Assembly: GCF_039654945.1 (NCBI RefSeq) | Contig: NW_027361708.1 | Span: 5,270,001-5,334,000, forward strand | Origin: Dendrobates tinctorius | Lineage: Eukaryota | DNA: 64,000 nt | Direction: 5' to 3' | In this document: one piece after another, positions 35,858 through 49,055 of the stretch | Numbering within the stretch: the stretch's first letter is position 1 | How the letters are laid out: each line of letters begins with the position of its first letter | Position numbers and translations under genes: made by a program | The notes under the pieces: model-generated | The model's input: only the letters and a program-made list of their open reading frames with translations | What the model was told of the DNA's origin: nothing | The model's database searches: none

Positions 35858-37470
35858 TTAGGGGTTCCTGGTTGCTTCAGGGTCAGACATCCTGGTAGTT
35901 AGGGGTTCCCGGCTGCCTCAGGGTCAGGCATCCTGGTAGTTATGGGTTCATGGCTGCCTCAGGGTCAGACATCCTGGTAGTTAGGGGTTCCTGGCTGCCT
36001 CAGGGTCAGGCATCCTGGTAGTTAGGGGTTCATGGCTGCCTCGGGGTCAGACATCCTGGTAGTTAGGGGTTCCCGGCTGCCTCAGGGTCAGACATCCTGG
36101 TATTTAGGGGTTCATGGCTGCCTCAGGGTCAGTCATCCTGGTAGTTAGGGGTTCATGGCTGCCTCAGGGTCAGACATCCTGGTAGTTAGGGGTTCATGGC
36201 TGCCTCAGGGTCAGACATCCTGGTAGTTAGTGGTTCCCGGCTGCCTCAGGGTCAGACATCCTGGTAGTTAGGGGTTCCCGGCTGTTTCAGGGTCAGGCAT
36301 CCTGGTAGTTTGGGGTTCATGGCTGCCTCAGGGATCCTGGTATTTAGGGGTTCATGGCTGCCTCAGGGTCAGACATCCTGGTAGTTAGGGGTTCCTGGCT
36401 GCCTCAGGGTCAGACATCCTGGTAGATAGGGGTTCATGGCTGCCTCAGGGTCAGACATCCTGGTAGTTAGGGGTTCATGGCTGCCTCAGGGTCAGTCATC
36501 CTGGTAGTTAGGGGTTCATGGCTGCCTCAGGGTCAGACATCCTGGTAGTTAGTGGTTCCCGGCTGCCTCAGGGTCAGACATCCTGGTAGTTAGGGGTTCC
36601 CGGCTGCCTCAGGGTCAGGGATCCTGGTATTTAGGGGTTCATGGCTGCCTCAGGGTCAGACATCCTGGTAGTTAGGGGTTCATGGCTGCCTCAGGGTCAG
36701 ACATCCTGGTAGTTAGGGGTTCATGGCTGCCTCAGGGTCAGACATCCTGGTAGTTAGGGGTTCCCGGCTGTTTCAGGGTCAGGCATCCTGGTAGTTAGGG
36801 GTTCCTGGCTGCCTCAGGGTCAGGCATCCTGGTAGTTAGGGGTTCCCGGCTGCCTCAGGGTCAGGGATCCTGGTATTTAGGGGTTCATGGCTGCCTCAGG
36901 GTCAGACATCCTGGTAGTTAGGGGTTCATGGCTGCCTCAGGGTCAGACATCCTGGTAGTTAGTGGTTCCCGGCTGCCTCAGGGTCAGACATCCTGGTAGT
37001 TAGGGGTTCCCGGCTGCCTCAGGGTCAGGGATCCTGGTATTTAGGGGTTCATGGCTGCCTCAGGGTCAGACATCCTGGTAGTTAGGGGTTCATGGCTGCC
37101 TCAGGGTCAGACATCCTGGTAGTTAGGGGTTCATGGCTGCCTCAGGGTCAGACATCCTGGTAGTTAGGGGTTCCCGGCTGTTTCAGGGTCAGGCATCCTG
37201 GTAGTTAGGGGTTCCCGGCTGTTTCAGGGTCAGACATCCTGGTAGTTAGGGGTTCCCGGCTGTTTCAGGGTCAGGCATCCTGGTAGTTAGGGGTTCCTGG
37301 CTGCCTCAGGGTCAGGCATCCTGGTAGTTAGGGGTTCCCGGCTGCCTCAGGGTCAGACATCCTGGTATTTAGGGGTTCATGGCTGCCTCAGGGTCAGACA
37401 TCCTGGTAGTTAGGGGTTCCCGGCTGCCTCAGGGTCAGGGATCCTGGTATTTAGGGGTTCCTGACTGATG
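35858..37470 (+). repeat. 41-bp minisatellite (~39 copies)
   Basis: Unit gggtcagacatcctggtagttaggggttcatggctgcctca. Confidence 0.97.
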
Positions 37471-37719
37471 GGTGCGTCACTCTGCTCATCTGCATCTTTA
37501 GAGTTTATTGGGATTCCCTCTTAATCTGATTTTTTTTGTTCAATCCTCCGTTCCCACTACGGACGTTGCGATAATCCCCAACTTGCTTTCGCCTTGCAAT
37601 GTATCATGCAGGGGGTGCAGCGATCCTCCCCTGGACGCTGCAAGTAATGGACCGATCTCCAGGGATTTCCAGTATCAGTCTATGACACACACCAGTCAGG
37701 CACCACCCACTGACATGAA

Positions 37720-37900
37720 TGGAGGGGGTGCGGGGTTAGTACTTCCTGTGTGACTGGGGAGGAGCGCGGTGCAGTCACTGTGAAGACAACTTTCCAGTCC
37801 GCTCCTTGTAACTTCGTGCAGTGTTCGTGTGAGCTGGCCGGTGAGTGCCCGGGAACGGGGGCGACGTGTGCAGGAGGGGCATGTGGGGGCGCCAGCACCG
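37720..37900 (+). promoter_or_regulatory. Putative host-gene promoter and non-coding first exon with 5' splice donor
   Basis: Non-repetitive GC/CpG-rich patch with G-rich boxes, ETS-like ACTTCCTG (37741-37748) and consensus donor CCG|GTGAGT at 37840/37841 followed by G-triplets. Confidence 0.5.
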
Positions 37901-38059
37901 GAGACGAGGCGGCAGGAAGAGACTAGCCATCTGTTGTTTATCCTCCATAGCTGGGGTTTGTGCAGGTCCTGGGTGTAATAACAGTACCGGTCATCTAATA
38001 ACAAACACTCTGCGTAGATAATATACACTGCACATCTGTGCACTACAACCATACACATT

Positions 38060-41000
38060 GCCGGTCATCTAATAACACACTGTGTAGATAATATACACTA
38101 CAGCCGTACATATAACCGGTCATCTAATAACACACACTATGTGTAGATAATATACACTACAGCCGTACATATAACCGGTCATCTAATAACACACTATGTG
38201 TAGATAATATACACTACAGCCGTACATATAACCGGTCATCTAATAACACACTATGTGTAGATAATATACACTACAGCCGTACATATAACCGGTCATCTAA
38301 TAACACACACTATGTGTAGATAATATACACTACAGCTGTACACATAACCGGTCATCTAATAACACACACTATGTGTAGATAATATACACTACAGCCGTAC
38401 ATATAACCGGTCATCTAATAACACACACTATGTGTAGATAATATACACTACAGCCGTACATATAACCGGTCATCTAATAACACACTATGTGTAGATAATA
38501 TACACTACAGCCGTACATATAACCGGTCATCTAATAACACACTATGTGTAGATAATATACACTACAGCCGTACATATAACCGGTCATCTAATAACACACA
38601 CTATGTGTAGATAATATACACTACAGCTGTACACATAACCGGTCATCTAATAACACACACTATGTGTAGATAATATACACTACAGCCGTACATATAACCG
38701 GTCATCTAATAACACACTATGTGTAGATAATATACACTACAGCCGTACATATAACCGGTCATCTAATAACACACTATGTGTAGATAATATACACTACAGC
38801 CGTACATATAACCGGTCATCTAATAACACACTATGTGTAGATAATATACACTACAGCCGTACATATAACCGGTCATCTAATAACACACACTATGTGTAGA
38901 TAATATACACTACAGCTGTACACATAACCGGTCATCTAATAACACACACTATGTGTAGATAATATACACTACAGCCGTACATATAACCGGTCATCTAATA
39001 ACACACTATGTGTAGATAATATACACTACAGCCGTACATATAACCGGTCATCTAATAACACACTATGTGTAGATAATATACACTACAGCCGTACATATAA
39101 CCGGTCATCTAATAACACACTATGTGTAGATAATATACACTACAGCCGTACATATAACCGGTCATCTAATAACACACACTATGTGTAGATAATATACACT
39201 ACAGCTGTACACATAACCGGTCATCTAATAACACACACTATGTGTAGATAATATACACTACAGCCGTACATATAACCGGTCATCTAATAACACACTATGT
39301 GTAGATAATATACACTACAGCCGTACATATAACCGGTCATCTAATAACACACTATGTGTAGATAATATACACTACAGCCGTACATATAACCGGTCATCTA
39401 ATAACACACTCTATGTGTAGATAATATACACTACAGCCGTACACATAACCGGTCATCTAATAACACACACTATGTGTAGATAATATACACTACAGCCGTA
39501 CACATAACCGGTCATCTAATAACACACACTATGTGTAGATAATATACACTACAGCCGTACATATAACCGGTCATGTAATAACACACTATGTGTAGATAAT
39601 ATACACTGCACATCTGTGCACTACAACTATACACATTGCCGGTCATCTAATAAACACACTCTATGTGTATATAATACACACTACAGCCGTACACATAACC
39701 GGTCATCTAATAACACACTCTATGTGTAGATAATATACACTACAGCCGTACACATAACCGGTCATCTAATAACACACACTATGTGTATATAATACACACT
39801 ACAGCTGTACACATAACCGGTCATCTAATAACACACACTATGTGTAGATAATATACACTACAGCCGTACACATAACCGGTCATCTAATAACACACACTAT
39901 GTGTAGATAATATACACTACAGCCGTACACATAACCGGTCATCTAATAACACACACTATGTGTAGATAATATACACTACAGCCGTACATATAACCGGTCA
40001 TCTAATAACACACACTATGTGTATATAATACACACTACAGCTGTACACATAACCGGTCATCTAATAACACACACTATGTGTAGATAATATACACTACAGC
40101 CGTACACATAACCGGTCATCTAATAACACACACTATGTGTAGATAATATACACTACAGCCGTACACATAACCGGTCATCTAATAACACTATGTGTAGATA
40201 ATATACACTACAGCCGTACATATAACCGGTCATGTAATAACACACACTATGTGTAGATAATATACATTACAGCTGTACACAATACCGGTCATCTAATAAC
40301 ACACACTATGTGTATATAATACACACTACAGCTGTACACATAACCGGTCATCTAATAACACACACTATGTGTAGATAATATACACTACAACTGTACACAT
40401 AACCGGTCATCTAATCACACACTCTATGTGTAGATAATATACACCACAGCCGTACACATAACCGGTCATCTAATAACACACACTATGTGTAGATAATATA
40501 CACTACAGCTGTACACATAACCGGTCATCTAATAACACACACTATGTGTAGATAATATACACTACAGCCGTACATATAACCGGTCATCTAATAACACACA
40601 CTATGTGTAGATAATATACACTACAGCCGTACACATAACCGGTCATCTAATAACACACACTATGTGTAGATAATATACACTACAGCCGTACACATAACCG
40701 GTCATCTAATAACACACTCTATGTGTAGATAATATACATTACAGCCGTACACATAACCGGTCATCTAATAACACACACTATGTGTATATAATACACACTA
40801 CAGCTGTACACATAACCGGTCATCTAATAACACACACTATGTGTAGATAATATACACTACAGCCGTACATATAACCGGTCATCTAATAACACACACTATG
40901 TGTAGATAATATACACTACAGCCGTACACATAACCGGTCATCTAATAACACACACTATGTGTATATAATACACACTACAGCTGTACACATAACCGGTCAT

Positions 41001-41350
41001 CTAATAACACACACTATGTGTAGATAATATACACTACAGCCGTACATATAACCGGTCATCTAATAACACACACTATGTGTAGATAATATACACTACAGCC
41101 GTACACATAACCGGTCATCTAATAACACACACTATGTGTAGATAATATACACTACAGCCGTACACATAACCGGTCATCTAATAACACTCTATGTGTAGAT
41201 AATATACACTACAGCCGTACACATAACCGGTCATCTAATAACACACTCTATGTGTAGATAATATACACTACAGCCGTACACATAACCGGTCATCTAGTAA
41301 CACACACTATGTGTAGATATACACTACAGCCGTACACATTACCAGTCATC
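38060..41350 (+). repeat. 57/59-bp minisatellite (~56 copies)
   Basis: Unit ccggtcatctaataacacac(ac)tatgtgtagataatatacactacagccgtacayataa. Confidence 0.97.
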
Positions 41351-41918
41351 TAATGTTAGCACATGTATATTACACACTATCTGTATATAATATATACTAC
41401 ATATATGTACTATATGCACACAACCATGCATACATTACCAGTTATGTTATATTGTGTTTTACACATACTACCATCCGTATGTAATATATTACACATGTAT
41501 ACAACACCGATTACCAGTCATGTAATAGTGTTATATATACAACACCTATTGCATCTAACATTACTGTTTGTGCATATTTTATGCATCTATTTGTATATAA
41601 TATCTACTACACATGTGTACTCTATACACAGCTGTGCACAATTTACCAGTATTCTAATGGTAATACATGTATAATATACTTTTTGAATATATTATATGAT
41701 CAGTTTATAACCTATACTACACAAATATAATCATCCATTTAATGTAACTACAATTACCATATGTATACAATACTTGGAGATCAGTATATGACAAACGCAC
41801 TTTACCATTGTTCTTTTACTGCACATAGTGTATATTGTACACATTTGGATAAAACGTATTTTATGTACACACATTGACAAGTGTAATGAATGACAAGTGA
41901 ACAATCAGTTCTTGTCGT

Positions 41919-43017
41919 TTAAAGGGTTTGCCAATACTCAAGAAATTGGGCACCAAACAGTGTAATATCTTAACAAACTCAACGCTCCCTGGGTCCAGCG
42001 ACATCTATCCACCGCTGATGTTTTCCCGGTGTTTTGACTACAGTGATGATATCACATTAACAGTTTGTGTCACAGCTTTAGCCAGTCACTGAGCTCAGTG
42101 TTGCGTGCCATCAGCCTCCGTGCACAAGCGCGGAGCTCAGTGTTGTGTGCTGTCAGCCTCCGTGCACAAGCGCGGAGCTCAGCGTTGCGTGCCGTCAGCC
42201 TCCATGCACATGTGCGGAGCTCAGCGTTGCGTGCCGTCAGCCTCCGTGCACAAGCGCGGAGCTCAGCGTTGCGTGCCGTCAGCCTCCGTGCACAAGCGCG
42301 GAGCTCAGCGTTGCGTGCCGTCAGCCTCCGTGCACAAGCGCGGAGCTCAGCGTTGCGTGCCGTCAGCCTCCGTGCACAAGCGCGGAGCTCAGCGTTGCGT
42401 GCCGTCAGCCTCCGTGCACAAGAGCGGAGCTCAGCGTTGCGTGCCGTCAGCCTCCGTGCACAAGCGCGGAGCTCAGCGTTGCGTGCCGTCAGCCTCCGTG
42501 CACAAGCGCGGAGCTCAGCGTTGCGTGCCATCAGCCTCCGTGCACAAGCGCGGAGCTCAGCGTTGCGTGCAATCATGCACAAGCGCGGAGCTCAGTGTTG
42601 CTTGCCGTCAGCCTGCGTGCACAAGCGCGGAGCTCAGCGTTGCGTGCCGTCAGCCTGCGTGCACAAGCGCGGAGCTCAGCGTTGCGTGCCGTCAGCCTGC
42701 GTGCACAAGCGCGGAGCTCAGCGTTGCGTGCCGTCAGCCTCCGTGCACAAGCGCGGAGCTCAGAGTTGCGTGCCGTCAGCCTCCGTGCACAAGCGCGGAG
42801 CTCGGCGTTGCGTGCCGTCAGCCTCCGTGCACAAGCGTGGAGCTCAGTGATTTGCTAGAGTGGTGATGCATGATGTTGATGTGACATCACTATAGTCAAA
42901 ACCAGAATCGGAGGAGCGTCAGGGGAGTCTTCTGTAGGCCCGAGGTATTAACACCTGCTGAATTTACTGTATTTTACAGTTTGAGGCCCACTTTCTTGAA
43001 GTGGACAACCTCTTTAA
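41919..43017. mobile_element. Kolobok/T2-type MITE with expanded centre
   Basis: TTAA|AGGG...acaacctct|TTAA; inverted arms (ttttgactacagtgatg / catcactatagtcaaaa) bracket the 42-bp array. Confidence 0.65.
42091..42849 (+). repeat. 42-bp CpG-rich minisatellite (~18 copies)
   Basis: Unit gcacaagcgcggagctcagcgttgcgtgccgtcagcctccgt. Confidence 0.97.
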
Positions 43018-44672
43018 TGTTTTGGTAGTAGGAGAATGGGTAGGCATAAGGATCTGAGTGACTTTGACAAGGGCCTGATTGTGATGTATAGGTTCTTGGG
43101 CCAGAGCATCTAAAAAATGTCAGATGTGTGGTGATCCTAGTTACATTGGTTAGTGCCTTCTTGTGAGCTCTGGGTGCCCATGACACTTGCATGTGCCGAG
43201 GGTTTATTATTATATGTCTGATCCCCACTGATCCTCACAAGTTACAGGCGTGTAAGGAATAGTATGGAAATTGTGCTCATGCAGTCACTGACTGATGGTC
43301 TACACCACTTTGGCCAGTGATGGGCAGAGTGACCATTAGGGAGTGGTCAGATGACCTCATAAACTGGACCGAGATGGGACTGCAATGCAAGGACTGGCCG
43401 GCGGTCTCCTGACCCGAGTAACATCTAAATGTATTTTTATGCAGCGGTCATGCTCAATTTGGGAGTCAGATTGAAAGAAGCAGGGATTTGGTGACTGTAG
43501 CAATCACTGTATTCATCTATATATTTTTTACCAGTTTGAGTCTTTTTAAATATTAATCTTTTTCTGTTGAAAAAAGTGCTTTGAGGTGGTATGAACAGTG
43601 GTGTATATTGACAAAGGTACTTTCTTTCCATAACATCCACTGTGAATGGCAGTAACAGTGTATGAAGTTGTAAGAAATGTAATGTAGAGTGCAGAGAATA
43701 TCTGTCACACAGGTTCAGTGGCCTGAGGGCATGAAATCTGAATTATGTCGTTTTTATGCTACAAATATTACCAGAGATTTGACATAGAGTAAAATGTGCG
43801 GCTCGAGCACAACTATATCCGCAGCGGTATGGTCCCTCTGTGCACATACTGGATCAGCTGCTATCACCGATGTGACATTACTGGTCTTGTGGGGTCCTTT
43901 TCTCTACAGGTTAGATCTGCTCTGGTTAAAGGGATTGTTCCCGTTATGGTCATTGTTACAAATGTACAAGACCCATTTGTGTAGCACAGAATGTTGTTTT
44001 GGTCCTCGTTCTGTCTCTGTGTACAGCGGAAAACTCACGGACCAATGCTAGTCAGTGCATAGGAATGATGTCCACCATGTCTTCTGCCTTTTTGTAGTTT
44101 TGATGGCAGAAAGCTCCTGCGCCCATTCATGATGCAGATTTTCGCACTCGCGTACACACAGGCCATTCAGTATTCTCTCACCGCACTCTCACAAGCACCT
44201 CCTCTGACACGTAGCGTCATCCTGTCTCCAGCATGCCATACTTAAATTATCTGTAACCCCCTAGGACCAGTATCTGTGCATCCAGATCTGCTCTTCTGTG
44301 CAGGGCTACTCACAAAACTCAGCATACTGAGATGCCACCATTCATGGGACCACGAGCCACATGTGGCACCTGAGCTACAAGTTGGGGACTGCTGATCTAA
44401 AATGTATGAGGAAGTTAATTTGTGAAAATGTTTTTATCATGATGTTTCTTTTTACAGCTCGCTTGGGGATGCGTTCAGGTTTCACAACTGGCACTGCCAT
44501 GCGGTGATCATGTGTCTTCCTTCTGTCCCAGAAAGCAGGGGGTCTGATTTTACAGTTGTCGTGTGTGAGGGACATTGCCACAAACTTCCCTTATGAGTCG
44601 GCGCCTGTCCTATTGATCATATTATGGCTCATATGACTACTTGCTTACACATTATCCGAGGAGTCCAGTTAA

Positions 44673-45110
44673 GGCTACTTTCAGACTTGCGTTATGAGGC
44701 ACAGCGCATGGCCGCCGCTAAGCTACGCCCCCGGCCGCGCCTCCTCCGGTCAGATCCTCCTATGGGCTAATGATGTTGCGTGCGACTAGTGTACCCTATA
44801 TTTAGCGTTGGGTACGCTGGCCGTGCGCTGGTGTGATTTTGCCGGCGTGTGCGCCCTTTTGGCGCTGCGCCGAGCGCTCAAAAATGCAACACGGTGCGTT
44901 TGGCGCACGTCGGCGCTGCGCCAAAAGGACACACGCGCCGGCAAAATCGTACCATCGCACGGCCAGCGTACCCAACGCTATATATAGGGTATGCTGGGCG
45001 CATGCAGCGTCAAGTGCCCATAGGAGGAGCTGACCGGAGGAGGTGCAGCCGGGGGAGGAGCTTAGCAGCGACCCTGTGCTGCGCCTCAGAACGCAAGTCT
45101 GAAAGTAGCC
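44673..45110. mobile_element. Harbinger-type palindromic MITE
   Basis: TAA|GGCTACTTTCAGACTTGCGTT...AACGCAAGTCTGAAAGTAGCC|TAA. Confidence 0.8.
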
Positions 45111-45586
45111 TAAGCGTTTTCAGTGAGACCTTACAAAGAAAGAAGGTGATTTTGTGCTAGTTGGACGTCTGGGCAGTTACTTGGGATTAAATTGTAGGTT
45201 CTTGTTACTACGGGGCTAGGTGTCTCCAAAAATGGTCAGTACTTAGGCATTCACTACTAACATCTCACCATGTAATATTGTAAAATCTTTTCTATTCTTA
45301 TGAAATTTTATTATTTATATTATATAATCCCTTTTATAAGGATTCAATATCATCACATCTAACTTGCTTATCTCTCACACATACACTTATGCTGCCCCCA
45401 GATGTTAAATAAAAAAGGCCTAAAAGAAAATATATGAACTAGACATTTATCCGTCTGGTGACAACTGAGAAGTCATGTTGCCCTGAAATTAAAAAAAAAG
45501 CGCAATAGGGTCTTCTATAAAACAAAGGGTATTTAAAGAGCAATGTGCGGTCACCTGGTAAGGTTGTGACAATCACAGCTGCTTTA

Positions 45587-46151
45587 AGCCTGTTTCACAC
45601 TTCAGTCTTTTGTGATTAGTTGATATCTGCCAAAGAGGAAAAAAAACGGATCCGTTTCATAGAATCATAGAATCGCAGAGTTGGAAGGGACCTCCTGGGC
45701 CATCTGGTCCAACCCCCTGCTCAAAGCAGGATTTCCGTATGGAACAAACGGATGTTAGCAGACCGTTTTTTGGACGGATCCGCCGAAGTTGCAAAGAGCA
45801 GGAAATTTAAAGGAACCGTGGTCTGGAAAAGAGAGAGAGAGAATGAATTTTTACGCCGCTGCCAGATCGATATTCAGGGTTAAAATGCTTCTCTGAGCAA
45901 ATCTTCCAGGCATTCGCACTTGCAAAAAGCAGAACGTCGCTACAAAAAAAGTTTCAAAGTCCGTCTGCTCCTCCTGGGAGCCGCTACAATTCAAACCGAT
46001 CCGTCCAAAAACGGATGCAGCGGACGACCGTCAGTCAAAATGAAAGTCTATGGGGGAAAAAAATGGATCCGCAAAAAAGGGGAGGATCCGTTTTTTTTCT
46101 AAAATTGGTGGATTTTGACTGACATAAAAAAACTGAAGTGTGAAACAGGCC
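45587..46151. mobile_element. Harbinger-type MITE
   Basis: TTA|agcctgtttcacacttcag...ctgaagtgtgaaacaggcc|TTA. Confidence 0.75.
45657..45732 (-). mobile_element. CR1 LINE 3' end
   Basis: (ATTCTATG)n octamer tail and ggtcccttccaac 3'UTR motif on the minus strand. Confidence 0.8.
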
Positions 46152-46271
46152 TTAGAAAGGCTGGTGCAGGACCACCAAACAAATGAGATGCAAATGACGA
46201 GGATTGTATTGGTTAAAAATCTGTGCTACCAAATGTCCAAAACACAATCAGAGACCAGATGAAGCATGAGT

Positions 46272-46331
46272 GCGGTTTATTTTGTCAACGCGTTTCATGG
46301 TGTTCAAACGTCTTCATCAGGACAAAACCGC
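46272..46331 (-). ncRNA. Minimal type I hammerhead-ribozyme-like motif (Penelope-associated)
   Basis: Minus strand: ttttgtc-CTGATGA-agacgtttgaacaccat-GAAACGCGTT-gacaaaa. Stem I 7 bp, palindromic ACGCGT stem III, weak stem II. Confidence 0.55.
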
Positions 46332-46638
46332 TATGTGTTTGACATTTGGCAGCGCTAACTTTTAACTACCACATTTCTCATTATTTGTATATTGTGGTCT
46401 AAAGCAGAGTCGTAGTTGGAGGTTCAGGCCAGGGCGAATCAAACACCTTTGTGAGGGCCCTGTGCTGGAGTAGCGATTGGTTACAATTGCTGTGGTGCAC
46501 TTTAATTACTGTGGCTTTAAGCTGTCGAAACGGCAGATCACTATGCATTGCAAAGGAGCTACAACATTTACTGCGGAAACCACATTGGGCCTTCAACTTG
46601 TGCAGGTAGGTTTATTGAGCGTGCTCTACTGCGTCATT

Positions 46639-46868
46639 CAGGGCTGTGGAGTCGGTAAGCCAAACCACCGACTCCTCAGTTTCCCTGACTGACTCTGACT
46701 CCATGGCACTGCCTCACTACTGAGCATGTACATAAAGTGCAGCACAGATTCATCTCCACTAAAAGGTGAGCTCAGGAACAGAACAGACATTTATGGGACA
46801 TTTCCTGACTTCCCAATCGATTATATATTTTAGAAGTTTTTCAATTTTTTACCGACTCCACCGCCCTG
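46639..46868. mobile_element. hAT-type MITE
   Basis: CAGGGCTGTGGAGTCGG...CCGACTCCACCGCCCTG; degenerate 8-bp TSD gcgtcatt/gtgtaatt. Confidence 0.7.
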
Positions 46869-47446
46869 GTGTAATTTACACCTCTGACTATGCAGAACAC
46901 ACCAGTCAAATCGTGACCGGCGGCTGTGCTCTGCACAATGACAGCTCACTAAGCTCAACATTCAGCTAGTGCACCTGCAAGGCACAGACTTTGACCCCGA
47001 CTGCTGCGCTCTGAACATTCAATCTCACCATGCAGAGCACAGTAGCCAGTATCAATTAGCTCAACTAGTTGAGCTAGAAAAGTGTGCAGAGTGCAGAAGC
47101 CGGTGATAATTTACCGTAATAATGTTGCCGTGCTCTGCATGCTGGTAGTGAGCCCCCTCCATCCAACCCTCATCCCCTGGTCAAAAAGTTGAGAATTTGG
47201 AAACCTGTACACTTTCTAGATATTGCTGATTGGCAGTGGAGGGTTACTTGAAAAACTTATAATAAATGGGTTGTCTAATACTGGACAAGCCCTTCTTAAA
47301 TGCTAAAGTGGTCTCAATAAAATAGCACATGTTCTACATCTTGAACCAACGATTTGGTGCTGTAAGATAGAAGTCATGTGACAATACACAGTCTAACAAT
47401 TTCACGTTTCCGCAAAAAGACAAGGCGCCCGTATAAGTGGTGAGTA

Positions 47447-47980
47447 CCGTTTATACTCGTGTATAAGCCGAGATTTTCAGCACATTTTTTTTGTGCTGAA
47501 AACGCCCCCCTCGGCTTATAAACGAGTCATTGTCCAGAAAGCTGAGGGGGAGCAGCGGCAGGAGCCGGCGGCTGCGGTTGTAACTGTGCCGCTGCTAAAG
47601 AGAAATGAATATTCATTTCTCTTATAGCAGTGACAGCTGCAGCAGCTGGGCTTCCAGAAGACAACATACTCACCCTCCTCGCGCAGTCGCTGCATCTCCG
47701 TTGTTCCCGGCGCCGGTAGCTCTTTCTGTGCTGAATCACCACATGGCACCGCTCATTAAGGTAATGAATATGCACTGCTCTCCACTCCCATAGGCGTGGA
47801 GCACATATTCATTACCTTAATGAGTGGTGCCATGTGATCGCTCAGCACAAGAGGTGCTGCTGGAAGCCGGAACGAGGTGCTGCGCCTGTGATGGCACGCT
47901 GGAGGAGGGAGAGTAGGATTTTTTTTTTTTTTTTTTTTAACCTGCATACCAGGAAAGGAGGGTTGAGCCTGCATACAACG
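47447..47980. mobile_element. Tc1/mariner-type MITE (one end seen)
   Basis: TA|CCGTTTATACTCGTGTATAAGCCGAG terminus; same family as 61238-61980. Confidence 0.55.
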
Positions 47981-47982
47981 AT

Positions 47983-48602
47983 GGGACCAGGGGAGCCACG
48001 CATTCAACGACGGGACCAGGGGATTCACGCATTCAACGACGGGACCAGGGGATTCACGCATTCAGCGACGGGACCAGGGGATTCACGCATTCAACGACGG
48101 GACCAGGGGAGCCACGCATTCAACGACGGGACCAGGGGAGCCACGCATTCAACGACGGGACCAGGGGAGCCACGCATTCAACGACGGGACCAGGGGAGCC
48201 ACGCATTCAACGACGGGACCAGGGGAGCCACGCATTCAACGACGGGACCAGGGGAGCCACGCATTCAACGACGGGACCAGGGGAGCCACGCATTCAACGA
48301 CGGGACCAGGGGAGCCACGCATTCAACGACGGGACCAGGGGAGCCACGCATTCAGCGACGGGACCAGGGGATTCACGCATTCAGCGACGGGACCAGGGGA
48401 TTCACGCATTCAGCGACGGGACCAGGGGATTCACGCATTCAGCGACGGGACCAGGGGATTCACGCATTCAGCGACGGGACCAGGGGATTCACGCATTCAG
48501 CGACGGGACCAGGGGATTCACGCATTCAGCGACGGGACCAGGGGATTCACGCATTCAGCGACGGGACCAGGGGAAACACGCATTCAGCGACGGGACCAGG
48601 GG
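47983..48602 (+). repeat. 29-bp minisatellite (~21 copies)
   Basis: Unit gggaccagggga(gc/tt)cacgcattca(a/g)cgac. Confidence 0.97.
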
Positions 48603-49055
48603 ACCCTCTGTTACCTACTTGGGCTCACCATCAGATTTCCTCTAGAAATTTTGTAGTTGTTGGTATTGTCCACTAACACAGGCCGCTGTTATTATGAAGT
48701 CAGATATAATCCATCTAATAGTTCCTGTGTATTTTTCTACTTGCTTCTAATTTTCTTTGTTTTGGACTCCACATCAATTTATGAAGCCGTCCTGACATAG
48801 CTGTATAGACCAGACAGTGGCTGAGAAGTTACTGCAGGTTGCGGCTCCGTCATCTCCTATGTTGTCAGGTTAATATGACTCATCAGTGGAGCAATATCCT
48901 ATACACAACACACGTCTAGATTGCTAAATCTATGGTTTGGTAATTTGAACTGAAAGAGGAACTTTGTGGTAGATTTATTGTTGTCACCTCAGTAGTGACC
49001 GCCCAAGATGATGTCTTTGTGTCATCATATGTAGTGATGGTTCATACTTAGATTT

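Noticed and set aside
35858-41350. CRISPR-like appearance of regular repeats
   Set aside because: No unique spacers, no cas genes, eukaryotic context.
42065-42866. Overlapping 170-261-aa repetitive ORFs
   Set aside because: The stop-free 42-bp unit is open in several frames; artefact of the repeat.
47834-48676. 280-aa ORF
   Set aside because: Read-through of the 29-bp minisatellite.
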